Part shown: positions 28,611 to 37,782 of the stretch, in pieces
Layout: each line of letters begins with the position of its first letter
Numbering within the stretch: the stretch's first letter is position 1
NCBI GenBank assembly: GCA_964469215.1
Contig: CAYXYB010000004.1
Span: forward strand, 103,744 to 167,743
From: an uncultured Lentimicrobiaceae bacterium
Lineage (GTDB): Bacteria; Bacteroidota; Bacteroidia; Bacteroidales; SKPS01
Direction: 5' to 3'
Length of the DNA stretch: 64,000 nt
Notes under the pieces: generated by a model
Seen by the model: only the letters and a program-made list of their open reading frames with translations
Database searches by the model: none
Told to the model about the DNA's origin: nothing
Translations under genes and position numbers: made by a program

Positions 28611-29378
28611 ATGTATCCAATTACAAAAACGATACTCACTTTTATTGCGATGATTCTGCTTTTTTACACAGAGCAGGCCAATGCACAACAGATTACGGCA
28701 AAGGGAATACTTGAGAAAATGGAGCTGCAGATGAAGGGAAACTCCATGTACGCCGAAATGAGTATGACAACCGTGCGGCCACGTTATTCAAGGGAGGTGA
28801 CAATGAAAACATGGCTTAAAGGTGACGATTATTCTATGATCCTTATCAGTTCACCAGCACGGGATAAAGGTATCACGTACCTGAAAAGAGGAAAAGAGAT
28901 CTGGAATTACGTTCCCAATATCGACAGGCTCATCAAACTACCACCATCCATGATGTCACAATCATGGATGGGAAGCGATTTTTCAAATGATGACCTTGTA
29001 AGGGAGAGTTCAAGCATAAATGACTTTAATCACCGTATTGTTGATACAGTGAAGTATCAGGGATTTGATTGCTGGATCCTGGAGCTGATACCCAAAGCAA
29101 GCTCTTCTGTTGTTTATGGAAAAGTAAAAATCTGGGTCTCCAGGACTACCTTCCTTCAGCTAAGGACAGAAAACTATGATGAAAAAGGTGTGCTTGTCTC
29201 AACACTTCTCGCTTCAGAAATAAAGTACATGGGTGGCCGGACTATACCGACAAAAATTGAGATAATACCTTCTGATAAAAAGAACCAAAAGACAATTCTC
29301 AGATATATTGATGTTAAGTTCAATACCCCCATAAACGACGGTTTTTTTTCGGTTCAAAACATGAAGAATCTGAGATAG
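28611..29378 (+). CDS. LolA-like outer-membrane lipoprotein-sorting/carrier protein
   Basis: Signal peptide. Size and motif pattern (ILEKM....G.S..AEMSMT..RP.YSRE...K.W.KG.D.S...I.SP.RDKG...LK....W.Y.P) typical of the LolA_like/DUF4367 family. Confidence 0.55.
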   Translation: MYPITKTILTFIAMILLFYTEQANAQQITAKGILEKMELQMKGNSMYAEMSMTTVRPRYSREVTMKTWLKGDDYSMILISSPARDKGITYLKRGKEIWNYVPNIDRLIKLPPSMMSQSWMGSDFSNDDLVRESSSINDFNHRIVDTVKYQGFDCWILELIPKASSSVVYGKVKIWVSRTTFLQLRTENYDEKGVLVSTLLASEIKYMGGRTIPTKIEIIPSDKKNQKTILRYIDVKFNTPINDGFFSVQNMKNLR

Positions 29379-29416
29379 AATATTTTACAAATTACTATCA
29401 TACATAATAAACAACT

Positions 29417-30640
29417 ATGAGAATAATTTTAAAACTAGCATGGAGAAATATCTGGCGCAATAAGCGGAGGTCGTATATCAGCGTTGCATCAGTTTTGTTT
29501 GCTGTCTTGTTTGCAATTGCTGCAGATTCAATAGAGAGAGGGTCATATGAACTTCAGATCAACAATATGGTAAAATTTTCAATCGGTTACCTTCAGATCC
29601 AGGATGTAATGTACGAGGATGAACCTTCGATTGACAACATTATGGTTTATGATACCGAAATAAAAAACAAGCTTGGCCGGTTTTCAAAGGAAATCGACTA
29701 TACTGTTCCCCGATTACAGAATTTTGCCCTCGCAGCCACAGAACATAAAACAAGAGGGGTAATGATAATGGGTTTCGATCCGGATAGTGAAAACAGGTTT
29801 AATTCCCTTGCAGATCAAATTGTTGATGGTGCATATCTGAAAAACAGCGATAATTCTGTTATGATTTCAGAAGGTTTAGCCGAAATACTCGGATTATCGG
29901 TTAATGACACACTTGTTCTCATTGGCCAGGGATTTCAGGGTGTTAATGCTTCCGGTATGTATCCGGTAAGAGGTATTGTGAAGCTTTCCTTGCCTGAAAT
30001 GAACAATAATACTGTTTATATGCCTCTTGCAACAGCACAATGGTTTTATGATGCAGGCAACAGAGTTACATCGTTGATAATAATGCCGGTAAGCACAAAA
30101 AATATCGGGCAGCTTGCTGAAAAGATCCGTGTAGAGCTTGATGAAGAATGGTATAGTGTATTGACATGGCGGGATATACTAAAGGATTTCCTTAGAATGA
30201 TGCAGATTGATGTTGCAGGAAACAAGATTATTTCAATGATTCTATATATAGTTATCGGGTTTGGGATCTTTGGGACAATACTCACCATGATGCTTGAACG
30301 CACAAGGGAGTTTGCAATGATGATTGCAATAGGAATGAACCGGACGAGGCTTGCACTGATGTGTCTTTTTGAAAGCATAATGCTTAGCTTTACAGGGGTT
30401 GTTGCAGGCTTGTTGATTTCATTTCCGGTTGTCTTTTATTTCAACAGACATCCAATTCCCTTGAAAGGGGAAATGGCAGATATGATGGCTGAATACGGCT
30501 TTGATGCAATAATGCCAACTTCGGTCGATCCTGTAGTTTTTTATTCCCAGGCAGTAGCAATCTTCATTATTGCCTTTCTCATTGGGTTGTACCCGGTATA
30601 TAAAACGCTTAGATTAGAAGTGGTTCAAAATGCAAAGTAG
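29417..30640 (+). CDS. ABC transporter permease, FtsX/MacB/LolC-type
   Basis: Starts LAWRNIWRNKRRS. One TM, a large periplasmic domain, then three C-terminal TM helices (FtsX domain). Confidence 0.8.
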   Translation: MRIILKLAWRNIWRNKRRSYISVASVLFAVLFAIAADSIERGSYELQINNMVKFSIGYLQIQDVMYEDEPSIDNIMVYDTEIKNKLGRFSKEIDYTVPRLQNFALAATEHKTRGVMIMGFDPDSENRFNSLADQIVDGAYLKNSDNSVMISEGLAEILGLSVNDTLVLIGQGFQGVNASGMYPVRGIVKLSLPEMNNNTVYMPLATAQWFYDAGNRVTSLIIMPVSTKNIGQLAEKIRVELDEEWYSVLTWRDILKDFLRMMQIDVAGNKIISMILYIVIGFGIFGTILTMMLERTREFAMMIAIGMNRTRLALMCLFESIMLSFTGVVAGLLISFPVVFYFNRHPIPLKGEMADMMAEYGFDAIMPTSVDPVVFYSQAVAIFIIAFLIGLYPVYKTLRLEVVQNAK

Positions 30641-30646
30641 TATTTT

Positions 30647-31870
30647 ATGAAGACTATCATAAGAATTTCATGGAGAAACGTCTGGCGTAACAGAGCCAGA
30701 AGTATAGTAATCATTCTTGCAATTGCTTTTGGCTTGTGGGGTGGTACATTTGCAACTGCCTTTATGAATGGAATGATCACACAGATGTTCGATTCAACAG
30801 TAAGACATCTGGTATCACATATTCAGATTCACCATCCTGAGTTTGCAAAGGAAAGAACTCTGGACCTGCAAATTGCTGGTGCTTCAGAGATTGTTTCTCA
30901 TCTCGAAAACGATGATCAGGTACTTTCATATTCCCCCCGCACAATAGCAGTTGGAATGGTTAACACTGCCTCTTTGTCTGCTGCATGTGATATTATTGGT
31001 ATAGTGCCAGATTTGGAAAATCGCACAACAGAATTGGGTAAGAACCTGAAAGAAGGCTCTTTCTTCCCTTCTGATGTGAAACACTCTGTTCTGATAGGTG
31101 CCAAACTTGCCGAAAAGACAAAAACTGAACCCGGAAGCAGGATTGTGCTAACGTTTCAGGACATTAAAGGCAACATAACCTCAGCAGCGTTCAAGGTTTG
31201 TGGCATTTATAAAACCTCAAACAGCATGAATGATGAACGGAAAGTATATGTAAGGTCAGACGACCTGGCAGAGATACTTGGAATGGAAGGAATTGTGAGT
31301 GAAATTGCTGTTGTCCTGCACAATATCGATAACGCCGAATTGTTAAGGGATAATCTTGCCTCCAGATTTCCGGAGAACCAAGTCAGAACCTGGGGTGAAA
31401 TTTCCCCGGAGCTTACCTTTATGACTGAATTCTCAGGGATCTCAATGATGGTGCTTGTTATCATAATATTGTTTGCAATGGCGTTTGGCCTTCTCAACAC
31501 AATGCTGATGACTATTTTTGAGAGAACACGAGAGCTTGGTGTACTGATGGCTGTTGGAATGAATAAGTTAAAGGTATTCCTGATGATATTACTGGAAACA
31601 ACTTTCCTTGTAATCTCCGGATCATTGCTCGGTGCAGTGCTCGGTGCATTGACAGTTGCGGCAACAAAATCCACCGGAATTAACCTGTCATCCGTTGGTG
31701 GTGACACTCTCTCTGATTTCGGAATTGGTGCTGTTATATTCCCTTCCATCGACACAGGCTTTTATTTCAACCTTGCACTCCTTGTGCTGATAACTGCCAT
31801 CGCAGCATCGGTGTACCCGGCATTTAAGGCTCTAAGATTAAAGCCTGCAGAAGCAGTCAGAAAAGAATAA
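30647..31870 (+). CDS. ABC transporter permease, FtsX/MacB/LolE-type (paralogous partner)
   Basis: Starts ISWRNVWRNRARS. Same topology and length (407 aa) as the upstream paralog. Confidence 0.8.
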   Translation: MKTIIRISWRNVWRNRARSIVIILAIAFGLWGGTFATAFMNGMITQMFDSTVRHLVSHIQIHHPEFAKERTLDLQIAGASEIVSHLENDDQVLSYSPRTIAVGMVNTASLSAACDIIGIVPDLENRTTELGKNLKEGSFFPSDVKHSVLIGAKLAEKTKTEPGSRIVLTFQDIKGNITSAAFKVCGIYKTSNSMNDERKVYVRSDDLAEILGMEGIVSEIAVVLHNIDNAELLRDNLASRFPENQVRTWGEISPELTFMTEFSGISMMVLVIIILFAMAFGLLNTMLMTIFERTRELGVLMAVGMNKLKVFLMILLETTFLVISGSLLGAVLGALTVAATKSTGINLSSVGGDTLSDFGIGAVIFPSIDTGFYFNLALLVLITAIAASVYPAFKALRLKPAEAVRKE

Positions 31871-31956
31871 TATTGTTTATCAATAGAAAGATTCTTCAAT
31901 ATTAATAAAAGAAAAATCATAAAGAATTAAAGAAGAACTCATAAAACGAACATACA

Positions 31957-32649
31957 ATGGCAATAATTAAAACAGAAAACATTGTTAAAATTTACAATTC
32001 AAAGCATCTGCCTGTCAAGGCAGTAAACGGAGTAAATCTTGAATTTCAGGAAGGAGAATTTACAGCAATTGTAGGCCCTTCAGGTAGTGGCAAAACCACT
32101 TTACTAAATATTATTGGAGGCCTCGACAAACCGACCGAAGGAAAGGTCTTTATTGAAAATACTGAGATTACTGCGATGAAGGAGAGCAAGCTCATCGACT
32201 TCAGGTTAAAGAACATTGGCTTTGTCTTCCAGTCGTTTAACCTGATTCCTGTCCTGACTGCAAAAGAGAATGTTTCTTTCATAATGTTGTTACAGAATAA
32301 ATCTCAGAAGGAGCTGAACCAAAGGGCTGAGGAATTGCTCAGACAGGTGGGGATGGAAGATAAATTCAATGTTCGACCCAATAAACTATCTGGAGGGCAG
32401 CAGCAGAGGGTTGCAGTTGCCAGGGCACTGGCTTCACGGCCAAAATTCATCCTTGCCGACGAACCTACGGCCAATCTCGATACTGAAGCTGCCATGAATC
32501 TTCTGGATATTATGTGGAAACTCAATAAAGATGAAAATATCACCCTGATTTTTTCTACCCATGATAAGAGGGTTATTGACAGGGCAAGAAGGGTTATTAC
32601 ACTTGTAGATGGTACCATTGCCAGTGACGAGGTAAAAACTGACATTTAA
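31957..32649 (+). CDS. ABC transporter ATP-binding protein (LolD/MacB-type)
   Basis: Walker A GPSGSGKTT, Q-loop, signature LSGGQQQRVAVARAL, Walker B ILADEPT. Confidence 0.9.
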   Translation: MAIIKTENIVKIYNSKHLPVKAVNGVNLEFQEGEFTAIVGPSGSGKTTLLNIIGGLDKPTEGKVFIENTEITAMKESKLIDFRLKNIGFVFQSFNLIPVLTAKENVSFIMLLQNKSQKELNQRAEELLRQVGMEDKFNVRPNKLSGGQQQRVAVARALASRPKFILADEPTANLDTEAAMNLLDIMWKLNKDENITLIFSTHDKRVIDRARRVITLVDGTIASDEVKTDI

Positions 32650-32663
32650 GATTCTTTATTGTA

Positions 32664-33845
32664 ATGAATAATTATTTGTTGATCATAAGCCTTTCGATAT
32701 TCCTGCACCTGGCACCGTTGACAATACTCTCAGGCCAGGATACTCTTGTCGCAACCGAAACTCCGGCAGTACAGAAAAAGTTCATGGCCGGTGGATATCT
32801 TAAGGGGATGCCGTCAGCCGGATATGATAACCTGACTGACAAGGTATTGTTCAATAATATTGTTCATAACAGGCTTAATTTCAGATATAATCACAATAGC
32901 CGATTATTCATGGTATTTGAAATTCGCAACCGGCTGCTGACAGGTAATACTGTAAAACATTACCACAAATTGATCTCAGAAACACTCAAATATGACGATG
33001 GATTGGTGCAAACCAATTTTGTTCCGGTATCAAATGAGAACATCTTGTGGCATGTCAATCCCGACCGTTTATATGTTGACTGGCGAAATGAAAAGTGGCA
33101 GGTAAGGTTAGGAAGGCAAAGAATTAATTGGGGTATAAACATGATCTCCAACCCTAACGACCTTTTCAATAATTTTTCTTTCTTTGATTTTGATTATGAG
33201 GAGCGTCCAGGTGCCGATGCTCTCAGAGTACAGCATTACACAGGGAATATGTCACGTATAGAACTGGCTGTCAGCCCATCAAAGAATGCCAAAGAGTCTG
33301 TGGCAGGTATGTTGTGGGCATTCAACAGTAGGGGCTACGATTTTCAGGTTATTACCGGTTATTTCAAAAACCGATCTGCAATAGGAGCAGGATGGGCAGG
33401 AAATATAAAATCAACTGGTTTCAAGGGTGAATTTACACTCTTCAATAATTTAAACTATCCGGATTCAATGAATCTTATTCTATCTGTAGGATTCGACCAC
33501 ATGTTCAAGTGTGGAATATATGGTTTTGCAGAATTTCTTTATAACGGAGGGCATTCCGGATCAGCAGACCCCCTGAAAATCACAGAACCTATGAGAACCG
33601 ACAATCCATTCATTTCGAAATATTCTACAGCGATAAGTTTTATGTATCCTTTGTCTCCTGTATTATCAGCTTCTTTTGCTGCATTGTATATGCCCGATAT
33701 CAGAGGAGGTTATTTAATGCCGAATATTGGGTGGTCAATTATTAAAAACCTGGATGCATCACTTGTCGGACAATATTTCACATTCATTGACAAAGTTGAA
33801 CAGCATAATATCAATATATATGTTCAGGTAAAGTGGTCGTTTTGA
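32664..33845 (+). CDS. Predicted outer-membrane beta-barrel protein, function unknown
   Basis: Signal peptide, alternating strand pattern throughout, and a C-terminal ...YVQVKWSF ending in Phe, which is typical of OM barrels. Confidence 0.45.
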   Translation: MNNYLLIISLSIFLHLAPLTILSGQDTLVATETPAVQKKFMAGGYLKGMPSAGYDNLTDKVLFNNIVHNRLNFRYNHNSRLFMVFEIRNRLLTGNTVKHYHKLISETLKYDDGLVQTNFVPVSNENILWHVNPDRLYVDWRNEKWQVRLGRQRINWGINMISNPNDLFNNFSFFDFDYEERPGADALRVQHYTGNMSRIELAVSPSKNAKESVAGMLWAFNSRGYDFQVITGYFKNRSAIGAGWAGNIKSTGFKGEFTLFNNLNYPDSMNLILSVGFDHMFKCGIYGFAEFLYNGGHSGSADPLKITEPMRTDNPFISKYSTAISFMYPLSPVLSASFAALYMPDIRGGYLMPNIGWSIIKNLDASLVGQYFTFIDKVEQHNINIYVQVKWSF

Positions 33846-33971
33846 TGTAAACAATCATCCCTTATTGATGTGTTTGCCGGAAATGTTCAGATTTTTCTGC
33901 AATGATAATTGTATATTTCCTAATTTCGTTCGTCTTCTGAGAAATAAATCCTGAAAATAAAACATGGCAAT

Positions 33972-34223
33972 ATGAAAAAGATCCTAACCCAAATCCTTCT
34001 TGTCTTGATTCTGGCGGCAATAATAATTCTGCTGGTGCAAAACATGGAGATCATTGAGATCTCCTTTATCAACCAGAAGCTGAATATTTCACTCTTTCTT
34101 GCTCTAGCACTTTTTTATATACTGGGAGCCATTTCAGGTGGAATGTTGACCTCCCTAATAAGGCAGGCAATCAAAAAGGAACCGAAAAAGGAACCGGAAA
34201 AGAAAGAGGAAGCATCAATCTGA
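33972..34223 (+). CDS. Small LapA/DUF1049-like membrane protein
   Basis: 83 aa with two TM helices and a K/E-rich tail. Confidence 0.4.
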   Translation: MKKILTQILLVLILAAIIILLVQNMEIIEISFINQKLNISLFLALALFYILGAISGGMLTSLIRQAIKKEPKKEPEKKEEASI

Positions 34224-35360
34224 TACTGCATCACATACTCTGTTTATACCCGCTTCAAGGATGTCGGGAGGCAAAGCAATATTAATCCGTATATAGTTTT
34301 CCCATTCCCGGCCAAAATGCTTTCCGGGAATTACTGCAGTTTGTTGATTATTATAGAGATTTATCGCAAATTCAACCCCAGAACCGACTTTTTCAGGGCA
34401 ACGAGCCCAGATAAAGTATCCCCCCTTGATTGAGGGGATATAGAAACCTTGATCAGAAAGCCTTGCGCTTTGCATCAGATAGTTTTGAGATATCAGTTTT
34501 CGTATTTCGTCTAAATATTCCTTCTGGCAAACCGGATCCTTAATAAACCCGGCAATTGCTGCCTGGAGGGGAGCAGGAGAAGACAACCCGATATAGTCAT
34601 GTATATCCTCAAGCGCAGCCATATTATCGAGGTGAGCTAAAAGATATCCTATCCGCCATCCGGTTATCGAAAAGAGCTTTGAAAATGAATTGATATAGAA
34701 CACAAACCTGCTTATCCTGTCGGTAGGATACCATGGTAATTCCGATGAGAAAGGGAGTTCACTATAAACTGCATCTATGATCATGTAGCACTTGTTTTGT
34801 TCACAAATATCACACATTGTGGAGAGAGTAACCTTATCAATTATCCAGCCCCGAGGGTTTCCGGGGGAACACAGGAAAACAAGCTTTATCTTCTCTGTAA
34901 CAATTTTGCGTTCAAATAACTCCAGATCAATTTTTCCATTATCGGATACAGTTGTAAAAAAAACTTCATTACCAAACAGTCGTGGAAGATGGATGTATGA
35001 TTCATATGCCGGAGAGAATGTCAGCACTTTAAGTTCGTGTTTGTGCAGAAAGTATAAGTAGGTATATATAAGAGAAATAGCTTCGGTTGCTCCATTGACA
35101 ATAAAAAAGTCTGAAACTTCATGATTATATCTTCCGGCATATTTTTTCCTCAATTGCTCAAGAAGTTCAAGATTACCGGTTCCCGGAGCATACTGATGTG
35201 CTCTCTGGTGTTTTATCCCGGATAGAATCTCCAGTAGTTTAGCTGGGGGGGCAAATCCTGGTATCCCTTGTGCCAGATTGATACCTCCGTGCTTTTTAAC
35301 AAGGTTACTGAAATAACTGATATAGCTTCCTCTTATATCTATCGCATTGGCTATGTTCAT
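34215..35360 (-). CDS. Class I/II PLP-dependent aminotransferase
   Basis: NSFSKLFSITGWRIGY (PLP-lysine motif). NGATEA and PGNPRG motifs. 381 aa. Confidence 0.8.
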   Translation of the reverse strand: MNIANAIDIRGSYISYFSNLVKKHGGINLAQGIPGFAPPAKLLEILSGIKHQRAHQYAPGTGNLELLEQLRKKYAGRYNHEVSDFFIVNGATEAISLIYTYLYFLHKHELKVLTFSPAYESYIHLPRLFGNEVFFTTVSDNGKIDLELFERKIVTEKIKLVFLCSPGNPRGWIIDKVTLSTMCDICEQNKCYMIIDAVYSELPFSSELPWYPTDRISRFVFYINSFSKLFSITGWRIGYLLAHLDNMAALEDIHDYIGLSSPAPLQAAIAGFIKDPVCQKEYLDEIRKLISQNYLMQSARLSDQGFYIPSIKGGYFIWARCPEKVGSGVEFAINLYNNQQTAVIPGKHFGREWENYIRINIALPPDILEAGINRVCDAVSD

Positions 35361-35492
35361 GATTGGAAGGAAAAAATTTAACTTTAGTAAATCAAATTGC
35401 CCAAAGCAAATTTAACTATTTCACCTTTGAATTTTCATGAATAAAACCGGCAGAAAATGAATATTTTTGCGCTGATACCTAAAAACTTAATC

Positions 35493-36053
35493 ATGAGCTG
35501 TTTCACTGATGATTTTATCATATTTTTTAAAAAGCTGAAAATCAACAGTACAACTGACTGGTATCATAGGAACAGGAACCTCTAGGAAAAGGCTGTTAAG
35601 AAATCATTCAGAAACTTAATTGATGAGGTAATAACCCATATCAGAGGGCATGAGCCCGAGCTCAGCATCATGCCCTCAGTTGCAATAATGCGAATTAACA
35701 ACGATATCCGGTTTTAGAAAGACAAAACCCCTCACAAAACTCATGTAGGTGCAAATACTTCACTATATGGCAAGCGGGACAAGGGTTACCGGGTTTTTTA
35801 CATGCAAATGTCAAATAATGGGATTGATGTTTTTGGAGGGGTATATATGACAGATAATCCAAATCTCCATAAGATAAGACAGCATATAATCCTGAATCAA
35901 GAATCACTCAGAAAGGCTTATCAAAATTTGGACTTTGTTGAAAAGTTCGGACATATTCAGGGTGAGAAAAACAAACATATTACTCCAGAGTTTCAGGGTT
36001 ACCTTGCCATTGAACCCTTTATTGTCAACAAACAGTTCTACTTCGCTGCATAA
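35493..36053 (+). pseudogene. DUF2461 (TIGR02453) family gene interrupted by two in-frame TAG codons
   Basis: One frame reads MSCFTDDFIIFFKKLKINSTTDWYHRNRNL*EKAVKKSF...AIMRINNDIRF*KDKTPHKTH...GGVYM..P..LHKIRQHI. The stops fall where the family has conserved Tyr and Ser (RFSKDKTPYK). Confidence 0.65.
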
Positions 36054-36279
36054 TTACCTTACGCATTAATCACATCACAAACTCTGGTTGATAAGCTGAT
36101 GTTTTTTTTATCATGCAGGTTTTGGTATAAACAGATTTATTCGAAAGTCAATGAAACAGAAAACATCTTGGCTTCTGATACTGAAATTTTCTCTTATTGC
36201 CTGACTATTCAAAGACTTTTGCTGATCGAACTCCTCGGATAAAAATATGCCGGATGAATCGTAAATCGGAAATCTGCAA

Positions 36280-37299
36280 TCAGAACACAAAATTGAATGA
36301 CAGATTATATAGTGCTCCCCGCTGATTTCTGTTGTTCTGGAACGGCAGAAAATACCCTATCTTATTATCAATGATAATATTCTTGCTCTTAAACAGTTCA
36401 ATCCCAATGAATGGATTCACAAACCAGGAATTCGACTTTTTTGTTTCGCTTGATGAGATATAAAAGCCCAAATTAAAACTGGTATATAAATTCAGAAACT
36501 TACGCTGTCCCCTTCCCAGTCTGCGGGAATAAAAATCCTGCCCGAGAGCAAAAATGTAGGTCTCATTTACAGAAGTATTGTCAACTCTGCCAACACTTTT
36601 ATACAAGCCCAAAACGGCATATGACTTTTTGTAGTTAAAGAGATATTTTAGGTTGTAACCAATCATATATTTTGGGCTGACTCCTCTTTTTGGTTGTTCA
36701 GTAAAAAGAAGAGAACCCTCAATACCAGGCATATTAACCCACGAATTATCATAGCTGTCACCAACCTTTTTATCCTCCTCAAACCTTATCTGCAATGCAT
36801 ATTGTTTAATTGCCAGATTATCCATATTGATCTGAAGCTCTTTTCCTGATATCTTTATGTCGATATCTATTATCTTCTGCCAAAACTCAAAGTATTTTAA
36901 ATCAGAAGAGTCAAGTTTCGTAACCAGTTTCTCATATTGGGCTTTCTCCTTATTCAGGTTATCTATTTCATTCTGTAATTCAACTATTCTATTTGCATCG
37001 TGAGTAAATGTTGTTTTTTCACCAGTGATATAACCCCATTTTTTAATTTCATCCAGAATCCGGTAGTAGGTGACATCTTCTGTATAGAGGTTGATATTGA
37101 AACTGGTTGCACCGGTCTGGTAAAAGCTGGGAGTTATACCATAGAAGGAAAGCAAGGAATCAAACTCACTTTTTACGACCTCGACACTCTTTACTGCAAT
37201 GCTTACAGATGTTGAGAATTTACTTGGCTTATCTACGACCTGGCAGAGAGCGAATGTTGATAAAAGTATCAACGAAAGTATAATAATTGACTTTTTCAT
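36280..37299 (-). CDS. Hypothetical secreted or outer-membrane protein (coiled-coil middle, beta-rich C-terminal half)
   Basis: Signal peptide from MKKSIIILSLILL. C-terminus ...LYNLSFNFVF ends in Phe. No family recognised. Confidence 0.4.
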   Translation of the reverse strand: MKKSIIILSLILLSTFALCQVVDKPSKFSTSVSIAVKSVEVVKSEFDSLLSFYGITPSFYQTGATSFNINLYTEDVTYYRILDEIKKWGYITGEKTTFTHDANRIVELQNEIDNLNKEKAQYEKLVTKLDSSDLKYFEFWQKIIDIDIKISGKELQINMDNLAIKQYALQIRFEEDKKVGDSYDNSWVNMPGIEGSLLFTEQPKRGVSPKYMIGYNLKYLFNYKKSYAVLGLYKSVGRVDNTSVNETYIFALGQDFYSRRLGRGQRKFLNLYTSFNLGFYISSSETKKSNSWFVNPFIGIELFKSKNIIIDNKIGYFLPFQNNRNQRGALYNLSFNFVF

Positions 37300-37492
37300 C
37301 AGATGTGAGTTTAGGTGATTTGAATTCTCCAAAATTATCCTGAACAGCCTGAGTTGTTTAATGATTTCTCAGATATATTAATCAATAAAGCTTCTTGAGC
37401 AACACATCACAACAAAGATAGTAGTTTTAACCTGCTCTGTCAATAAATGCATCAGAAATAATTGAACAGCAGTTATAATCAAGAAAATTCTC

Positions 37493-37500
37493 TACCTTTG
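37493..37500 (+). promoter_or_regulatory. Candidate -7 box (TACCTTTG) giving a leader of about 275 nt for the DEAD-box helicase
   Basis: Matches TAnnTTTG, followed by GCA as in many Bacteroidota promoters. Confidence 0.4.
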
Positions 37501-37713
37501 CACCTGCAAAACCTGATACAGGTAAACTATCCTCTTCACCATAAATATATGCTTATGTATGTTTCTGGTCATGTAAGATCGGGTTAAGATTATTTGCCAT
37601 AATTCAAATCACATAACTATAAATCATTTCATTAGACCACTAAACTCTAAACCTTTAAACCATTAAACATTCATGATCCCGATAAAACAGAAATCTTTGA
37701 TTTCATGTTTTTT

Positions 37714-37762
37714 GAGGATCCTCGAAAAATAAGAAAATCGTAGATTTTCAATTTTTCGGGAC
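37714..37762 (-). repeat. Dispersed hairpin element of about 50 bp, copy 1
   Basis: GAGGATCCTC plus the nested inverted repeats CGAAAAAT..GAAAATC-GTA-GATTTTC..ATTTTTCG. Its reverse complement is about 90% identical to 55969-56019. Confidence 0.75.
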
Positions 37763-37782
37763 TCATAACTCATAATTAAAAA

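Noticed and set aside
35493-36053. TAG reassignment or programmed read-through in the DUF2461 gene
   Set aside because: TAG terminates several well-supported neighbouring genes at the expected protein ends (2823-2825, 29376-29378, 41817-41819, 60954-60956). No suppressor tRNA is visible in the window. Pseudogenisation is the simpler explanation.
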